A DNA stretch of 64,000 nt from Bacteroidales bacterium (lineage in GTDB: Bacteria; Bacteroidota; Bacteroidia; Bacteroidales; Azobacteroidaceae). Each line of letters starts with the position of its first letter. Position 1 is the stretch's first letter. Of this stretch, positions 9,627 through 19,653 are shown piece by piece. The notes beneath the pieces were generated by a model that worked only from the letters and a program-made list of their open reading frames with translations, was not told the DNA's origin and ran no database searches. The stretch is from NCBI GenBank assembly GCA_031548005.1, contig JAVBRK010000021.1, positions 9,442 through 73,441 of the forward strand. The letters are read 5' to 3'. A program made the translations under genes and the position numbers.

Positions 9627-10808
9627 TTGAAGAAACTCAGGATCGGGTTACTCCCCCAGGTCATTACCGGCATTATTTGCGGAATTATATCCGGTTATTT
9701 CTTTCCGGAAGAGGTAGCCCGCATCTTTGTTACATTCAATGGCATTTTTTCTAATTTCCTGGGATTCAGCATCCCACTGATCATTCTGGGATTAGTGGCC
9801 CCGGGAATATCCGATCTGGGAAATAAAGCCGGAAAACTCCTGTTTATCACTGTGGTATTATCGTATGCATTCACACTCTTTTCAGGATTCTTTACCTACT
9901 TTTCCTGTAAACCAATCTTCAGCAGTGATATTTTCGATCTGGCAGCAAACATGAATGCGGGAGTCGAAAACCCGGAAAACAGGCAGTTGGTTCCATTTTT
10001 TAAGATCGATATGCCTCCGGTATTCGGTGTAATGACGGCTCTATTGCTGGCATTTGTCCTGGGTATCGGCGCTGCAGCAAGTTCGGCAGAAACTTTGAAA
10101 AGTTTTTTCCGGGAATTCAGGCAGGTCATCGAGCTGCTGATCTCCAGGATTATCATCCCCCTCCTCCCACTGTATATTTTTGGTATTTTCCTGAATATGA
10201 GTTTTTCCGGTGCAACGCTTCAGGTGATTTCCGTTTTTGGAAAAGTGATCGGAGTGATTTTTATTCTGCACATCCTACTTTTAATCATCCAGTTCGGTAT
10301 CGCAGGCGCTGTAAGCAAACAAAATCCGTTGAAACTTCTCTACAACATGCTTCCGGCGTATATGACGGCACTGGGAACTTCATCATCGGCTGCTACGATT
10401 CCGGTAACCCTGGAACAGACAAAAAAGAACCGGGTAGACGAAGATATCGCTGACTTCTGCATCCCGCTCTGTGCGACCATCCACCTCTCGGGAAGCACTA
10501 TGAAGATCGTAGCCATGAGTCTGGCAGTATGTATGATGCAGGGACTTCCGTGCGATATATCGGTTTACTCCGGATTCATCGCCATGTTGGGAATCATGAT
10601 GGTTGCTGCACCGGGAGTTCCGGGAGGAGCCATTATGGCCGCCATTGCCATCCTGCAATCTATACTGGGATTCGATGAGCAATCCACCGGACTGATGATT
10701 GCGCTATACATCGCCATCGATAGTTTCGGAACTGCTTGTAATGTTACCGGAGACGGAGCCATTGCCGTCATTGTAAATCATATCGCCGGAAAAAAGAAAT
10801 CCATATAA
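9627..10808 (+). CDS. Dicarboxylate/amino acid:cation symporter (DAACS/SDF family)
   Basis: TTG start; GTSSSAATIP, PLCATIHLSG, APGVPGG and DSFGTACNVTGD. Confidence 0.93.
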   Translation: MKKLRIGLLPQVITGIICGIISGYFFPEEVARIFVTFNGIFSNFLGFSIPLIILGLVAPGISDLGNKAGKLLFITVVLSYAFTLFSGFFTYFSCKPIFSSDIFDLAANMNAGVENPENRQLVPFFKIDMPPVFGVMTALLLAFVLGIGAAASSAETLKSFFREFRQVIELLISRIIIPLLPLYIFGIFLNMSFSGATLQVISVFGKVIGVIFILHILLLIIQFGIAGAVSKQNPLKLLYNMLPAYMTALGTSSSAATIPVTLEQTKKNRVDEDIADFCIPLCATIHLSGSTMKIVAMSLAVCMMQGLPCDISVYSGFIAMLGIMMVAAPGVPGGAIMAAIAILQSILGFDEQSTGLMIALYIAIDSFGTACNVTGDGAIAVIVNHIAGKKKSI

Positions 10809-10828
10809 GCCGGATCTGTAAAACAAGT

Positions 10829-11260
10829 TTACCTGGCATTGTACATTTCCGGCGTTACCCGGAACTGATAAGCAAATTCGCCATTCTTATCCTGATAAAA
10901 ATAGATGAACGTAATGCCTTTATCCCGGAGTTCTTTCATCTGAGGATCCGATTTCACACCATTGATTATAAACGGCTCTATCTGTTCCTGAATCTCCCCC
11001 TTGTTAAATTCCTCTTTTGTCAGACTAACCAAAGTATAATTATATTGAATAGTCTTATCCGAAGGAATGGTTACCTCGTCTATCCGGGTGTACTCATCGA
11101 TCATCATCGGATAATTCTTATTCATCCTTTCAACACTTTCTTGCAAAATTCGGTCTGTAGACGGAAAAATAAAATGCTGAAGCAGGAAATAAACCAATAT
11201 AAAACCGATAATACCACCAAGTAATGCAACAATCTTCCTCTTTTTATTTGCCATAACCAT
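10829..11260 (-). CDS. Membrane-anchored hypothetical protein
   Basis: 143-aa ORF with one N-terminal TM helix; the NKNYPMMIDEYTRID...YNYTL segment is loosely reminiscent of PA3611/GspS2-like folds (not verified). Confidence 0.65.
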   Translation of the reverse strand: MVMANKKRKIVALLGGIIGFILVYFLLQHFIFPSTDRILQESVERMNKNYPMMIDEYTRIDEVTIPSDKTIQYNYTLVSLTKEEFNKGEIQEQIEPFIINGVKSDPQMKELRDKGITFIYFYQDKNGEFAYQFRVTPEMYNAR

Positions 11261-11292
11261 GTTATATTTTCGGTAAAGTTAGTATTTTCTAT

Positions 11293-12057
11293 TCATTCGA
11301 ACAACAAGTAGCTCTTCAGTTTACCCAACTCTTCCGGAGGAAATTCTTCCAGCATGGACAATTCTTCAATAAAATTGATTTTTCCGGCCTTTTTTCTCAA
11401 TTCCAGAATCGCTTTAGCCTGATAAAAATTAATATAGGGATGCGACTTCAATTTATCTAACGAAGCCGTATTGACCGGCATCCGGACGATAGAGTCCGTC
11501 GTAATTTCAAAGAAAGGGATAATTTCATCGTAGAGTTCCTGATACATACCATACACTTCTTTGAGCTGCTCTACCGAATAATATCCTCCCAGAATTTTCC
11601 GGTATTTCAGAATACGGGTAGCATAAGCATGCCCGATACCCGGAATTTTCATCAATAAAGCAGTATCGGCCTCATTCAGATTCACTTTCGATCCTTTTTC
11701 CAACTTCTCTGTCCTGGAAAATGAACGACTATCATCTCCTCCGGAGCCCTCTTTTGACGAGCGATTATTAAAATACGTTCGTTTTTCAGGTAACCGGTTA
11801 TGTTCCTTTGAAGTAAAAGCCTTGCTGTTATCAGTATTTGGAAGGGTTTTCCCGTAATTTTCATTTTCGAACCGACCGGTATCGGCAACTGGAATTGCAG
11901 TATCCGGTATTGCAACGTCCTGCCCTGATAATTGATTTTCAGGTTTATCGAAAACTATTTTACCGGCAAAAACACTTGAAATCAGAATGATTAACAGGAT
12001 AAGTCCCGACTTTTCACGCTTGGTCAGGTAGAATAAATTTTTCCACATAGCACTCAT
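11293..12057 (-). CDS. ComEA-like helix-hairpin-helix DNA-binding membrane protein
   Basis: N-terminal TM helix; HhH motifs VNLNEADTALLMKIPGIG and VNTASLDKLKSHPYI. Start moved to ATG 12057 (12048 possible), downstream of TACATTTG at 12084-12077. Confidence 0.85.
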   Translation of the reverse strand: MSAMWKNLFYLTKREKSGLILLIILISSVFAGKIVFDKPENQLSGQDVAIPDTAIPVADTGRFENENYGKTLPNTDNSKAFTSKEHNRLPEKRTYFNNRSSKEGSGGDDSRSFSRTEKLEKGSKVNLNEADTALLMKIPGIGHAYATRILKYRKILGGYYSVEQLKEVYGMYQELYDEIIPFFEITTDSIVRMPVNTASLDKLKSHPYINFYQAKAILELRKKAGKINFIEELSMLEEFPPEELGKLKSYLLFE

Positions 12058-12115
12058 TTGGTTTTGGTTATGAGAGCAAATGTAATCATTTAGTTTCAAT
12101 TTTGCAAGCCGGATA

Positions 12116-12147
12116 TGACCGGAAATTTCCCCGAGATTTTCCGGTCA
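12116..12147. terminator. Stem-loop downstream of the outer-membrane barrel gene
   Basis: TGACCGGAAA-N12-TTTCCGGTCA, a perfect 10-bp inverted repeat; no clear U-tract. Confidence 0.45.
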
Positions 12148-12165
12148 CCGGTTTTATCTTTAAAT

Positions 12166-14307
12166 TTATTGCCCCCTTCCAAACCGGGAAGTATCCACCT
12201 CTTTCCGTTTTTTCTCTTTGTAATCTCCAAACCGGAATTTGAAAGAAAGTTCGACTCTGCGGCTATCGGGATAGATATTCATTTTCAGATTTTGTCCGGC
12301 ATAATCGACCCGTGGATCCGGGTCGATACTATTGAACAAATCAGCACCCTTGATGCGTAGTTCCGCCTTGCCGTTACAGAAAGTCCATTTGGCTCCTGCA
12401 TCGACACTCCAGACGTCACTAAGATCGTAGATCCCTTGTAACGAAGGTGTTATATAAAATCCTGAAACTTCCATCTTGATATCGGGCTTGGATGAAACAT
12501 GAATGGTATTGTTCAATGTGAGATTTCCCACCCATTTTTCCCGATCGAAAGAAATATCATAGAAACGCCCGTCTTTTACCCGCTGATTGAATCCGTTGAC
12601 CGAAAACCGGGAATCGAATATATTCTTGATTTTAAATGGAATAGCCACATAAAGTCCCGCCGAACGAAAATAATCCAGATTCAATGTTTGATAGATCAGG
12701 AGCAATTCTTCCGGAGATTGATAAGGCAATTGGATGGAATAATCCGGAATATAATTCAGATAAGGGACAAAAATATATTTATTTTCCAGGATGTACACAA
12801 ACTGTGCGGAGTAATTATCATAGGGCCGTAGTCCGGGATTCCCCACCACTGCAGAATACGGATTAAGATACGACACCGATTCCTGCATCTCCCAATAGCT
12901 TGGATAAGATTTATTGGTTGATAGTGAGAATTGCAGAATATTCTCGGGAGAAAATACGCAGGTCATTTCTGTTCCGGGAAATACCGAGCAGTCGTTGAAA
13001 CTTCCCCGTTCGAAATACTCTCCGGCGAGCGAAAAACTCAGGGAGAATTTCGGAGAGAAACTTTTACTCATGCCCGTATAGAGGTTATAGGTATACTCTT
13101 TCAATGAGCTGTTTGTATTGATAAGCGGCATGGTCGGATCTCCGAAAGGATGGTATGTTTGATAGTTGAAATCTTTAGCATACTGGAAATAAGCTCCATA
13201 ATCCAGATTCCAACCCCGGGATAATGCCTGCGACTGATCGATGTACAGTTTCACCCGGTCGACTTTCTGTTCAAAATCAGAAATGAAACCTCCTTCGGAA
13301 TTATTTTCCGTTTCACCGAAATCCTGTGAAGACCGGGCATCATAATAAGTATAATTGACTCCGGTCCTGAATCCGAAACCGGAATTATAGCTCAGGTCGA
13401 AATTATGCATCTTATTTTCTCCGTTTTTTTGCGTACCGGAATTGAAAAAATTTCCGGAAGATAGTTCCCGTCCCTGTGTAGAGGGGGATATTTTTCCGGT
13501 GTAGGCAAAACTCAGTTTATTTTTTTCATTCAGATCGTAATCCATTCCAAGGCGTACCTGGTGACTTAAGCTTTCCCTATTGCCCCTGTTTTGCAACTCA
13601 ATATCATAAACAGTCTGATTTAACGAATGATACGAATTTAACGAATGATACGAACTCAGGTCGTCGCCGGTTTTAGATTTAGAACTCCCCGCCGAATAAA
13701 GGAAATCGGCAGAGAATTTCGACAGAGAATACAGGATGCTGACGCCTCCTGAATAACCGGCATAATAGGACTGGGCATAGTTTCCGGTCACTTCCCCCTG
13801 TAAAGACCGGTTAAGGTTATTTTTCTCAAATACGAGGTTAATAGCGGCTCCCCGGACATGATATTTCGGAGGAGCGCTGTACATTACTTCTGCCGTTTTG
13901 ATCCGGGATACAGGCATGGTTTTCAATAAATTAATCAATTGCTCATAGCTCATAGTGGTTGGTTTTCCATCCATAATGATCGATAAACCGGAAGCACCGG
14001 CCAGATTGAGCACTCCACCGGTTTCGGAGATCCCCGGAAGTTCCAGGAGGGACTCATAAACATTTCCGACTACTTTGTTCTTTGCAATTTGCTGCACATC
14101 ATAAGTCAGCCGGCCATCAACCACCCGGACAAGCGGCCTTTCTCCTTTCACCACCACTTCATTCAACATCATCTCGAGCTCTTTCATCGCGGTCGAATCG
14201 GATCCCATTGTATCAATAGAATCGATATCCTGAGATAATAACAGATGAGTCAGGGATATATAAGCTAAAAAAGTCAGAGTAAAAATCGTTCGTTTCATAA
14301 TCATCAA
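12166..14307 (-). CDS. Outer-membrane beta-barrel family protein (TonB-dependent-receptor-like)
   Basis: Signal peptide, LNEVVVKG, plug-like ESLLELPGI...PPKY..GAAIN, GNPGLRP and a C-terminal beta-signal-like SRRVELSFKFRF. Confidence 0.85.
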   Translation of the reverse strand: MMIMKRTIFTLTFLAYISLTHLLLSQDIDSIDTMGSDSTAMKELEMMLNEVVVKGERPLVRVVDGRLTYDVQQIAKNKVVGNVYESLLELPGISETGGVLNLAGASGLSIIMDGKPTTMSYEQLINLLKTMPVSRIKTAEVMYSAPPKYHVRGAAINLVFEKNNLNRSLQGEVTGNYAQSYYAGYSGGVSILYSLSKFSADFLYSAGSSKSKTGDDLSSYHSLNSYHSLNQTVYDIELQNRGNRESLSHQVRLGMDYDLNEKNKLSFAYTGKISPSTQGRELSSGNFFNSGTQKNGENKMHNFDLSYNSGFGFRTGVNYTYYDARSSQDFGETENNSEGGFISDFEQKVDRVKLYIDQSQALSRGWNLDYGAYFQYAKDFNYQTYHPFGDPTMPLINTNSSLKEYTYNLYTGMSKSFSPKFSLSFSLAGEYFERGSFNDCSVFPGTEMTCVFSPENILQFSLSTNKSYPSYWEMQESVSYLNPYSAVVGNPGLRPYDNYSAQFVYILENKYIFVPYLNYIPDYSIQLPYQSPEELLLIYQTLNLDYFRSAGLYVAIPFKIKNIFDSRFSVNGFNQRVKDGRFYDISFDREKWVGNLTLNNTIHVSSKPDIKMEVSGFYITPSLQGIYDLSDVWSVDAGAKWTFCNGKAELRIKGADLFNSIDPDPRVDYAGQNLKMNIYPDSRRVELSFKFRFGDYKEKKRKEVDTSRFGRGQ
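13618..13654. repeat. Exact 18-bp in-frame tandem duplication
   Basis: ATTTAACGAATGATACGA x2, giving SYHSLN-SYHSLN in the barrel protein. Confidence 0.95.
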
Positions 14308-14330
14308 AATATAAGATTTATAACTTGCAG

Positions 14331-14432
14331 CAAAAATAGGGCGTACTTTTTTAAGATATCATTATCGGCCACTTACTTAGACTTAAATAGTCTTAACGCC
14401 TATTGAAAAATACCATACAATGTGTACTTTTG
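14331..14432. promoter_or_regulatory. Divergent promoters with 10-bp-period direct repeats (candidate OmpR-family box)
   Basis: Minus-strand TATTTTTG (14338-14331), plus-strand TACTTTTG (14425-14432), and ACTTACTTAG ACTTAAATAG TCTTAA at 14371-14396 between them. Confidence 0.55.
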
Positions 14433-14446
14433 TCTAAAAATCAGTC

Positions 14447-15931
14447 ATGAAAATATCCCTGAAAACAACAATTTTAATTATCTGTATTGCCATTACAGGG
14501 GTCATAGGATACCAATTTTATTGGTTGAATAATCTGTATTCCGACTCGAAAGACAAACTGGATATCAATATCCGGTCGGCCATGAAATCGGCCGATCTCG
14601 GCGAACTGAAAATGCGGATCAAAATCCTGGAAGATGATCCGGATAAAAGCGGAAGTATATCTGCTTCCGCAGGTTTCAGTGGATCAGGAACTGCTATTTC
14701 AAACACCCAAACATCGATCAATGAAACAAATAGTTCAAACTTATCGGTACACCGGCAGATTTCTTATACCGACAGTACTTCTCTGAAAGATACCGCAGCA
14801 GCCGGAGGAAAAGAAAGCGCTCCGGAAATCGATGTTCTATTTAAAGACGGGGGCATGATGGAAAAGATGTTATTGAAAGGCTTCCATCAGGCAATCGATA
14901 ACCTGGTCTTTCCCAACGTACAGCATTATGACAGCCTATTGACAAAAGAATTGGAAGATTTTGGGGTCAATAAAATACATTATGTCGATTTGATCAAATT
15001 TCCGGGAGATTCGATTATCAGCACCAGTAGCCAGGACAGTTCCCTTATCCGGGAAAAAGGAATGATTGCTTTCGACTATCCATTCGGAAGTCGGGACGAA
15101 TACAATTACCGGCTCTGGATCGATAACCCCAACTCTGCCGTTTTAAAACAGATGGCAGGTATTCTGACTGCGTCGTTGCTTGTTTTATTGCTTTTGGGCT
15201 GGTTGTTTTATTATCTGATGCACACTATATGGCGTCAGAAAACATTAGAAGAAATGAAGAGCGACTTTATTAATAATATGACTCATGAGTTCAAAACTCC
15301 TCTCTCCGTTTCGTACGCTGCTGTCGATTCATTGCTGGTTACAGATAAGGCAAATGACAAGAAACACCGGGATAAATATTTGAATATAGCTAAAGATCAA
15401 ATCAACCACTTGTCGGGCCTGGTAGAACAGATTCTGTCTATGTCGCGCAACAACAGGCAACGGGTAGAAATGGTTCCGGAAAAAATCGACCTGAAAGAAA
15501 TGAGTCAGTCGATTGCCCGCCAACAAGGCCTGGCCGCCAAAAAACAAATTGAATTCGATATCCAGACCGATCCGGACGAACTGGTTGTGTATTTCGACCG
15601 GATGCATCTGGCCAATATTCTGAATAACCTGATCGGAAACAGCATCAAGTATTCCGGTGAAAGTGTAAAAATAACGATCAAATCATTTTATATCAATGGG
15701 AAAGATATTCAGATTTCGGTAGAAGATAATGGGATCGGAATCGATCCCGAAAAACAAAAAAATATATTCGATAAATTTTACCGTGTACCCACAGGAAACA
15801 AGCACCAGGTGAAAGGTTACGGATTGGGTTTATTCTACGTGAAAGAAACCTTAGAGAGATCAGGCGGTTCGGTTTATATTAAAAGTAAACCGGGAAAAGG
15901 ATCGGTTTTTACAATTTATATTCCTCAATAA
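14447..15931 (+). CDS. Sensor histidine kinase
   Basis: Two TM helices; H-box FINNMTHEFKTPL, N-box NLIGNSIKY, G-boxes DNGIGI and GYGLGL. Confidence 0.95.
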   Translation: MKISLKTTILIICIAITGVIGYQFYWLNNLYSDSKDKLDINIRSAMKSADLGELKMRIKILEDDPDKSGSISASAGFSGSGTAISNTQTSINETNSSNLSVHRQISYTDSTSLKDTAAAGGKESAPEIDVLFKDGGMMEKMLLKGFHQAIDNLVFPNVQHYDSLLTKELEDFGVNKIHYVDLIKFPGDSIISTSSQDSSLIREKGMIAFDYPFGSRDEYNYRLWIDNPNSAVLKQMAGILTASLLVLLLLGWLFYYLMHTIWRQKTLEEMKSDFINNMTHEFKTPLSVSYAAVDSLLVTDKANDKKHRDKYLNIAKDQINHLSGLVEQILSMSRNNRQRVEMVPEKIDLKEMSQSIARQQGLAAKKQIEFDIQTDPDELVVYFDRMHLANILNNLIGNSIKYSGESVKITIKSFYINGKDIQISVEDNGIGIDPEKQKNIFDKFYRVPTGNKHQVKGYGLGLFYVKETLERSGGSVYIKSKPGKGSVFTIYIPQ

Positions 15932-15942
15932 TCAGGATTATC

Positions 15943-16650
15943 ATGGATATATCGAACAAAGTCAAAGTATTGGTGGTGGAAGACGAGGTGACTCTTGCCA
16001 TGATTATCAAAGAAACCCTGGAGGAAAAGGAAGATTTTATAGTCTATATTGCTGAAAATGGAGAAGAAGGACTACATCAATTTCATTCTCTGGCTCCCGA
16101 CATTATAGTCGCTGATGTCATGATGCCCAGGATAGACGGTTTTGAAATGGTGCACCTGATCCGGCAAAGCGATGAACACATCCCGATCCTGATGCTTTCA
16201 GCCCGTTCGGCGGTAAATGATGTAGTCAAAGGATTTGAAACAGGCTGTAACGATTATCTGAAAAAGCCGTTTGGGATGAACGAACTGATAGTCCGGATTA
16301 AAGCGCTATTAAAAAGGTCCCATATCCATAAAAAACAAACGGTGATCTTTGAAATCGGAAACTATAAATTCGATCCGGTCACTCAAACTTTGTTTTATCT
16401 GGATCAGATTCAACTTTTGTCAAACAGGGAATCTGAAATCTTAAAACGTTTGTGTGAGAACCGCAATGAAATATTACAGATCAAGAATTTATTGCTGGAC
16501 TTATGGGGAGATGATAGTATTTTTAATGCTAAAAGTCTGCATGTATTTATCACCAAGCTCCGAAAGAGGCTTTCCCAGGATCCTGATATCCAGATACTGA
16601 ATGTCAGAGGAATCGGCTATAAGCTGGTCGAGATGAGTACAGGAATTTAG
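15943..16650 (+). CDS. OmpR/PhoB-family response regulator
   Basis: VVEDE, DVMMP, KPF and a winged-helix C-terminus LHVFITKLRKRL...VRGIGY. Confidence 0.95.
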   Translation: MDISNKVKVLVVEDEVTLAMIIKETLEEKEDFIVYIAENGEEGLHQFHSLAPDIIVADVMMPRIDGFEMVHLIRQSDEHIPILMLSARSAVNDVVKGFETGCNDYLKKPFGMNELIVRIKALLKRSHIHKKQTVIFEIGNYKFDPVTQTLFYLDQIQLLSNRESEILKRLCENRNEILQIKNLLLDLWGDDSIFNAKSLHVFITKLRKRLSQDPDIQILNVRGIGYKLVEMSTGI

Positions 16651-16685
16651 CCCGATTTATCCGGATTTTAAGAGATCCGCCATCT

Positions 16686-19649
16686 TTATTTTTCCAGTTT
16701 GAACCAATCCAGTTTGAACAAGTTACGGACTTCAACATCGCCTTTGAAGACTAAGTATAACTTTTTATGAATCCCTCTTGCTTTCCGGCTCAATGAAGTC
16801 GACTGAATGATCCAGGTCTGATCTCCTCCGGTATTTTCTACTTCTAAAATACCGACCGGTTCACCGGATAACGTATCCAGATGTATTTCAAGCCGGCCTC
16901 CTCTGGTACCCGATGCGACTTTTGCAGTGAATTTGCTGACTCCATTGCCCAGATCAATATCTTCATACAGTAAATAATCGTTATTTTCACAATCGCAGAT
17001 ATTAATTCCGGCTGGTGTCGTTTTTTCGATCGACAAACCACATAGGTTATGAAAGTTTTCTGCTTCAAAAATACGGCCGGCATCGTTCGAATTGTCTTTT
17101 CCGAAAATTTTCAGCTCAAAGATGCTTAATGCATTTTCGGCATTGACAATATCGAGGCCGTCTGCTGTCGGAGGAATATTTACACATGCCAATATCGTCA
17201 AACGGACAAATCTTGCACTTACAGGTGATTGATCGAACCGGGCATCTGTAACCGGAGACTTTTCAACACCTTCGACGCTCCTATCTGCAAATGTTTTCCA
17301 GGCGTCGCTTACGGCAGCATCTTCCAGTCCGGAAGCGTCATCCTGGGATAAATAGTCGATCTTATATTTATAAGTCCGGCTTGTAAACTCGAAATAAGTT
17401 TCTATCTCATCGACACGGCATTCGCTTCCCAGATCGACCAAGAGCCAAGGATCCTGAACCCCTATCCCGGCATCCCAACGAGTACCGTAATTCTCATCGA
17501 CTGCAAAATTTCCGGAATAACGGAACGAAATACCATAGGTGCGGTAACGGGGTGTAAACGGGGAACTATCATAGTCCCGGGCCGAAGAAACCAGGGTTTG
17601 TTTGCCTAATGCGATGTTCTGCCGGGAATCTTCCGGTGGATTTTCGACAACAACAACTCCCTGATGGGTCGGTTTAATCACTTGTATACTCCCATCGGGA
17701 TTAAAAAAGACTTCATCGATACAGGTTTGCCTTTTACTATCGACAAACGGGTAATGCTGCCGGTGATAGGCTATGAACGTCCGGCCGTTATAATCGAACA
17801 TCGAGTGGTGGCCGGGACCTAATATCCGGTTGTTATCATCCCTGATTAAAATCGGGATACTCATCGACTGGTTGATTTCACGATATGGCCCGGTGACATT
17901 TTCTGATACGGCATACCTTACATTGTAGTTTTCACTGCCATTGAACGACCACATCAGATAATACAGGTCGTTCCTCTTATAGATATAGGAGGCTTCGAAT
18001 GCGTTTTTTATTTCTTCTATTTGTGCATAATGATATGGACCGACAAATTCATTCGAATCGCTTTTATTAAAACGAGGATCTTTGTCGTCGAAATAGATCT
18101 TGCCGGCATGATCGAACCGGAGTTTCATCATCTTGAAATGCCAGGCATCGGTTACAATATACATTGTATTGTCGTCGTCGACAAAAAACTGCCCGTCATA
18201 ACCTTTGTAGAAGTACTTTCCCGGTGCAGTTCCGTTTGCATCTTCCCAGGGGCCCAGCGGGTGGTCTGACATTCCGATAAATGTATTCGAAGCTATGGAG
18301 TACATCAGATAATATTTCCGGGTAATCGGATTGTATTCTATACTTGGAGCCCACACGGCCGTAGTTCCGGCATAATCCGTCCAGCTTTTCGGAAAAACAA
18401 CAATTTCATTCTTCCAGGTTTTACAATCTTTAGAATACCACATCTGGGCCGGATAAACATTCCCGCCACCGGCTCCGTCATTAGTTCCATAGGCATAAAA
18501 AGTTCCGGTATTTTCGTCATAATAAAAAGAAGCATCGGCCAGGTAAGCCGGAACAGTCGGATTTCCTGTCTGCATTGAGAAAACATTCAAATCTTCCGGA
18601 GGGAGGCCCACATCTTTGATGGTTACTACAAATTCTTTTGTCAAACTATTTTCTCCTTTTTGGATCAAGGCTGTCAGAATTACCTTTGCATCTCCCGTCC
18701 CTGCATCCGGACGATGGATCGCTCCATCATCACTTAAAATCAGAGTGTTACCCGATTTCCAGGAGATTTTACTTCCACTTTTCCCTATCGACGGAAGAAC
18801 CAGGTTGGAGGTAACAGCCGTTAAATCTCCCAGTAAAAGATTATTTTTATCTGTTTGAACTAATGAAGCATCTGCTTCCGATGAAATCAAATTAATTTCA
18901 TCATCGGTCAAGGCGTAATCGTATATTCTAAAATCGTCGATCATTCCGTCCAGATAAGGATCCGGCCAGGTTGGGCGGCCGATATAGTTATCTGTAGTAC
19001 ATCCCATTAACGAAGGGTTTGTTGTAAAATCCCGCTTAACTTCAGCTTTTACACCATCGACATAAAGAGTTCCGGTGTTTCCATTCAGAGAAAAAGCCAG
19101 GTGATGCCAGGCATTTGCCGACAATTTCTCTTTTTGACCCGTATAAGAAATGCGTTCTTCTTTTTTGAAGTGATCTTGATTCTCCGAATTGTTAGTTATC
19201 ACCAATGAAACACCGTTTTCAGCATCCCCCCGTTGAGTTGTCAGAATAAGATACCGTTCCGTTCCCCGGGCAAATGTACATACAGTTTGATTGGAGGATT
19301 GTTCATCGATATACACCCAAGTCGACAGAGTAAAGTCTTTAATATTCTCCATGGCTCCGGCTGCTATTTTAAAACAGCCTTTGTTACTGAGCTTTGCGGC
19401 GCCATTGAAAAGTCCGGAAACCCAATCGATAGTTCCCCCACCCGCCATGGCATCTAATTTTGAGTCTCCACTTCCGCTGTTATGTGCAATATTTCCCGCA
19501 GTCTCATCAAAAGAGAAGTGCATGTAAGGCCGCTCTTTGCCGGCTCTAAGTCCGTCATGGTCTTTTCCGAAAGCAGCAATATTTGTAAAACTATATAGAA
19601 TCATTACAATTGTAATAATTCCTGTTGCGGTCTGATTTTGTCTTCTCAT
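16686..19649 (-). CDS. Multimodular glycoside hydrolase: LamG/ConA-like, Ig-like, GH43, F5/8C (CBM32-like) and CBM6 modules
   Basis: LamG (FTLSTWV..WHHLA..LYVDG..IDDFRIYDYALT), Ig (LVLPSIGKSGSKISWKS), GH43 (LADAS..WAPS..YDG..FEAS..GPGHHS), F5/8C (NIALGK..AVDEN.GTRW..VDLG) and CBM6 (FEAENF..VASG..GG.LEIHLD..LYLVF). Confidence 0.85.
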   Translation of the reverse strand: MRRQNQTATGIITIVMILYSFTNIAAFGKDHDGLRAGKERPYMHFSFDETAGNIAHNSGSGDSKLDAMAGGGTIDWVSGLFNGAAKLSNKGCFKIAAGAMENIKDFTLSTWVYIDEQSSNQTVCTFARGTERYLILTTQRGDAENGVSLVITNNSENQDHFKKEERISYTGQKEKLSANAWHHLAFSLNGNTGTLYVDGVKAEVKRDFTTNPSLMGCTTDNYIGRPTWPDPYLDGMIDDFRIYDYALTDDEINLISSEADASLVQTDKNNLLLGDLTAVTSNLVLPSIGKSGSKISWKSGNTLILSDDGAIHRPDAGTGDAKVILTALIQKGENSLTKEFVVTIKDVGLPPEDLNVFSMQTGNPTVPAYLADASFYYDENTGTFYAYGTNDGAGGGNVYPAQMWYSKDCKTWKNEIVVFPKSWTDYAGTTAVWAPSIEYNPITRKYYLMYSIASNTFIGMSDHPLGPWEDANGTAPGKYFYKGYDGQFFVDDDNTMYIVTDAWHFKMMKLRFDHAGKIYFDDKDPRFNKSDSNEFVGPYHYAQIEEIKNAFEASYIYKRNDLYYLMWSFNGSENYNVRYAVSENVTGPYREINQSMSIPILIRDDNNRILGPGHHSMFDYNGRTFIAYHRQHYPFVDSKRQTCIDEVFFNPDGSIQVIKPTHQGVVVVENPPEDSRQNIALGKQTLVSSARDYDSSPFTPRYRTYGISFRYSGNFAVDENYGTRWDAGIGVQDPWLLVDLGSECRVDEIETYFEFTSRTYKYKIDYLSQDDASGLEDAAVSDAWKTFADRSVEGVEKSPVTDARFDQSPVSARFVRLTILACVNIPPTADGLDIVNAENALSIFELKIFGKDNSNDAGRIFEAENFHNLCGLSIEKTTPAGINICDCENNDYLLYEDIDLGNGVSKFTAKVASGTRGGRLEIHLDTLSGEPVGILEVENTGGDQTWIIQSTSLSRKARGIHKKLYLVFKGDVEVRNLFKLDWFKLEK

Positions 19650-19653
19650 ATTA

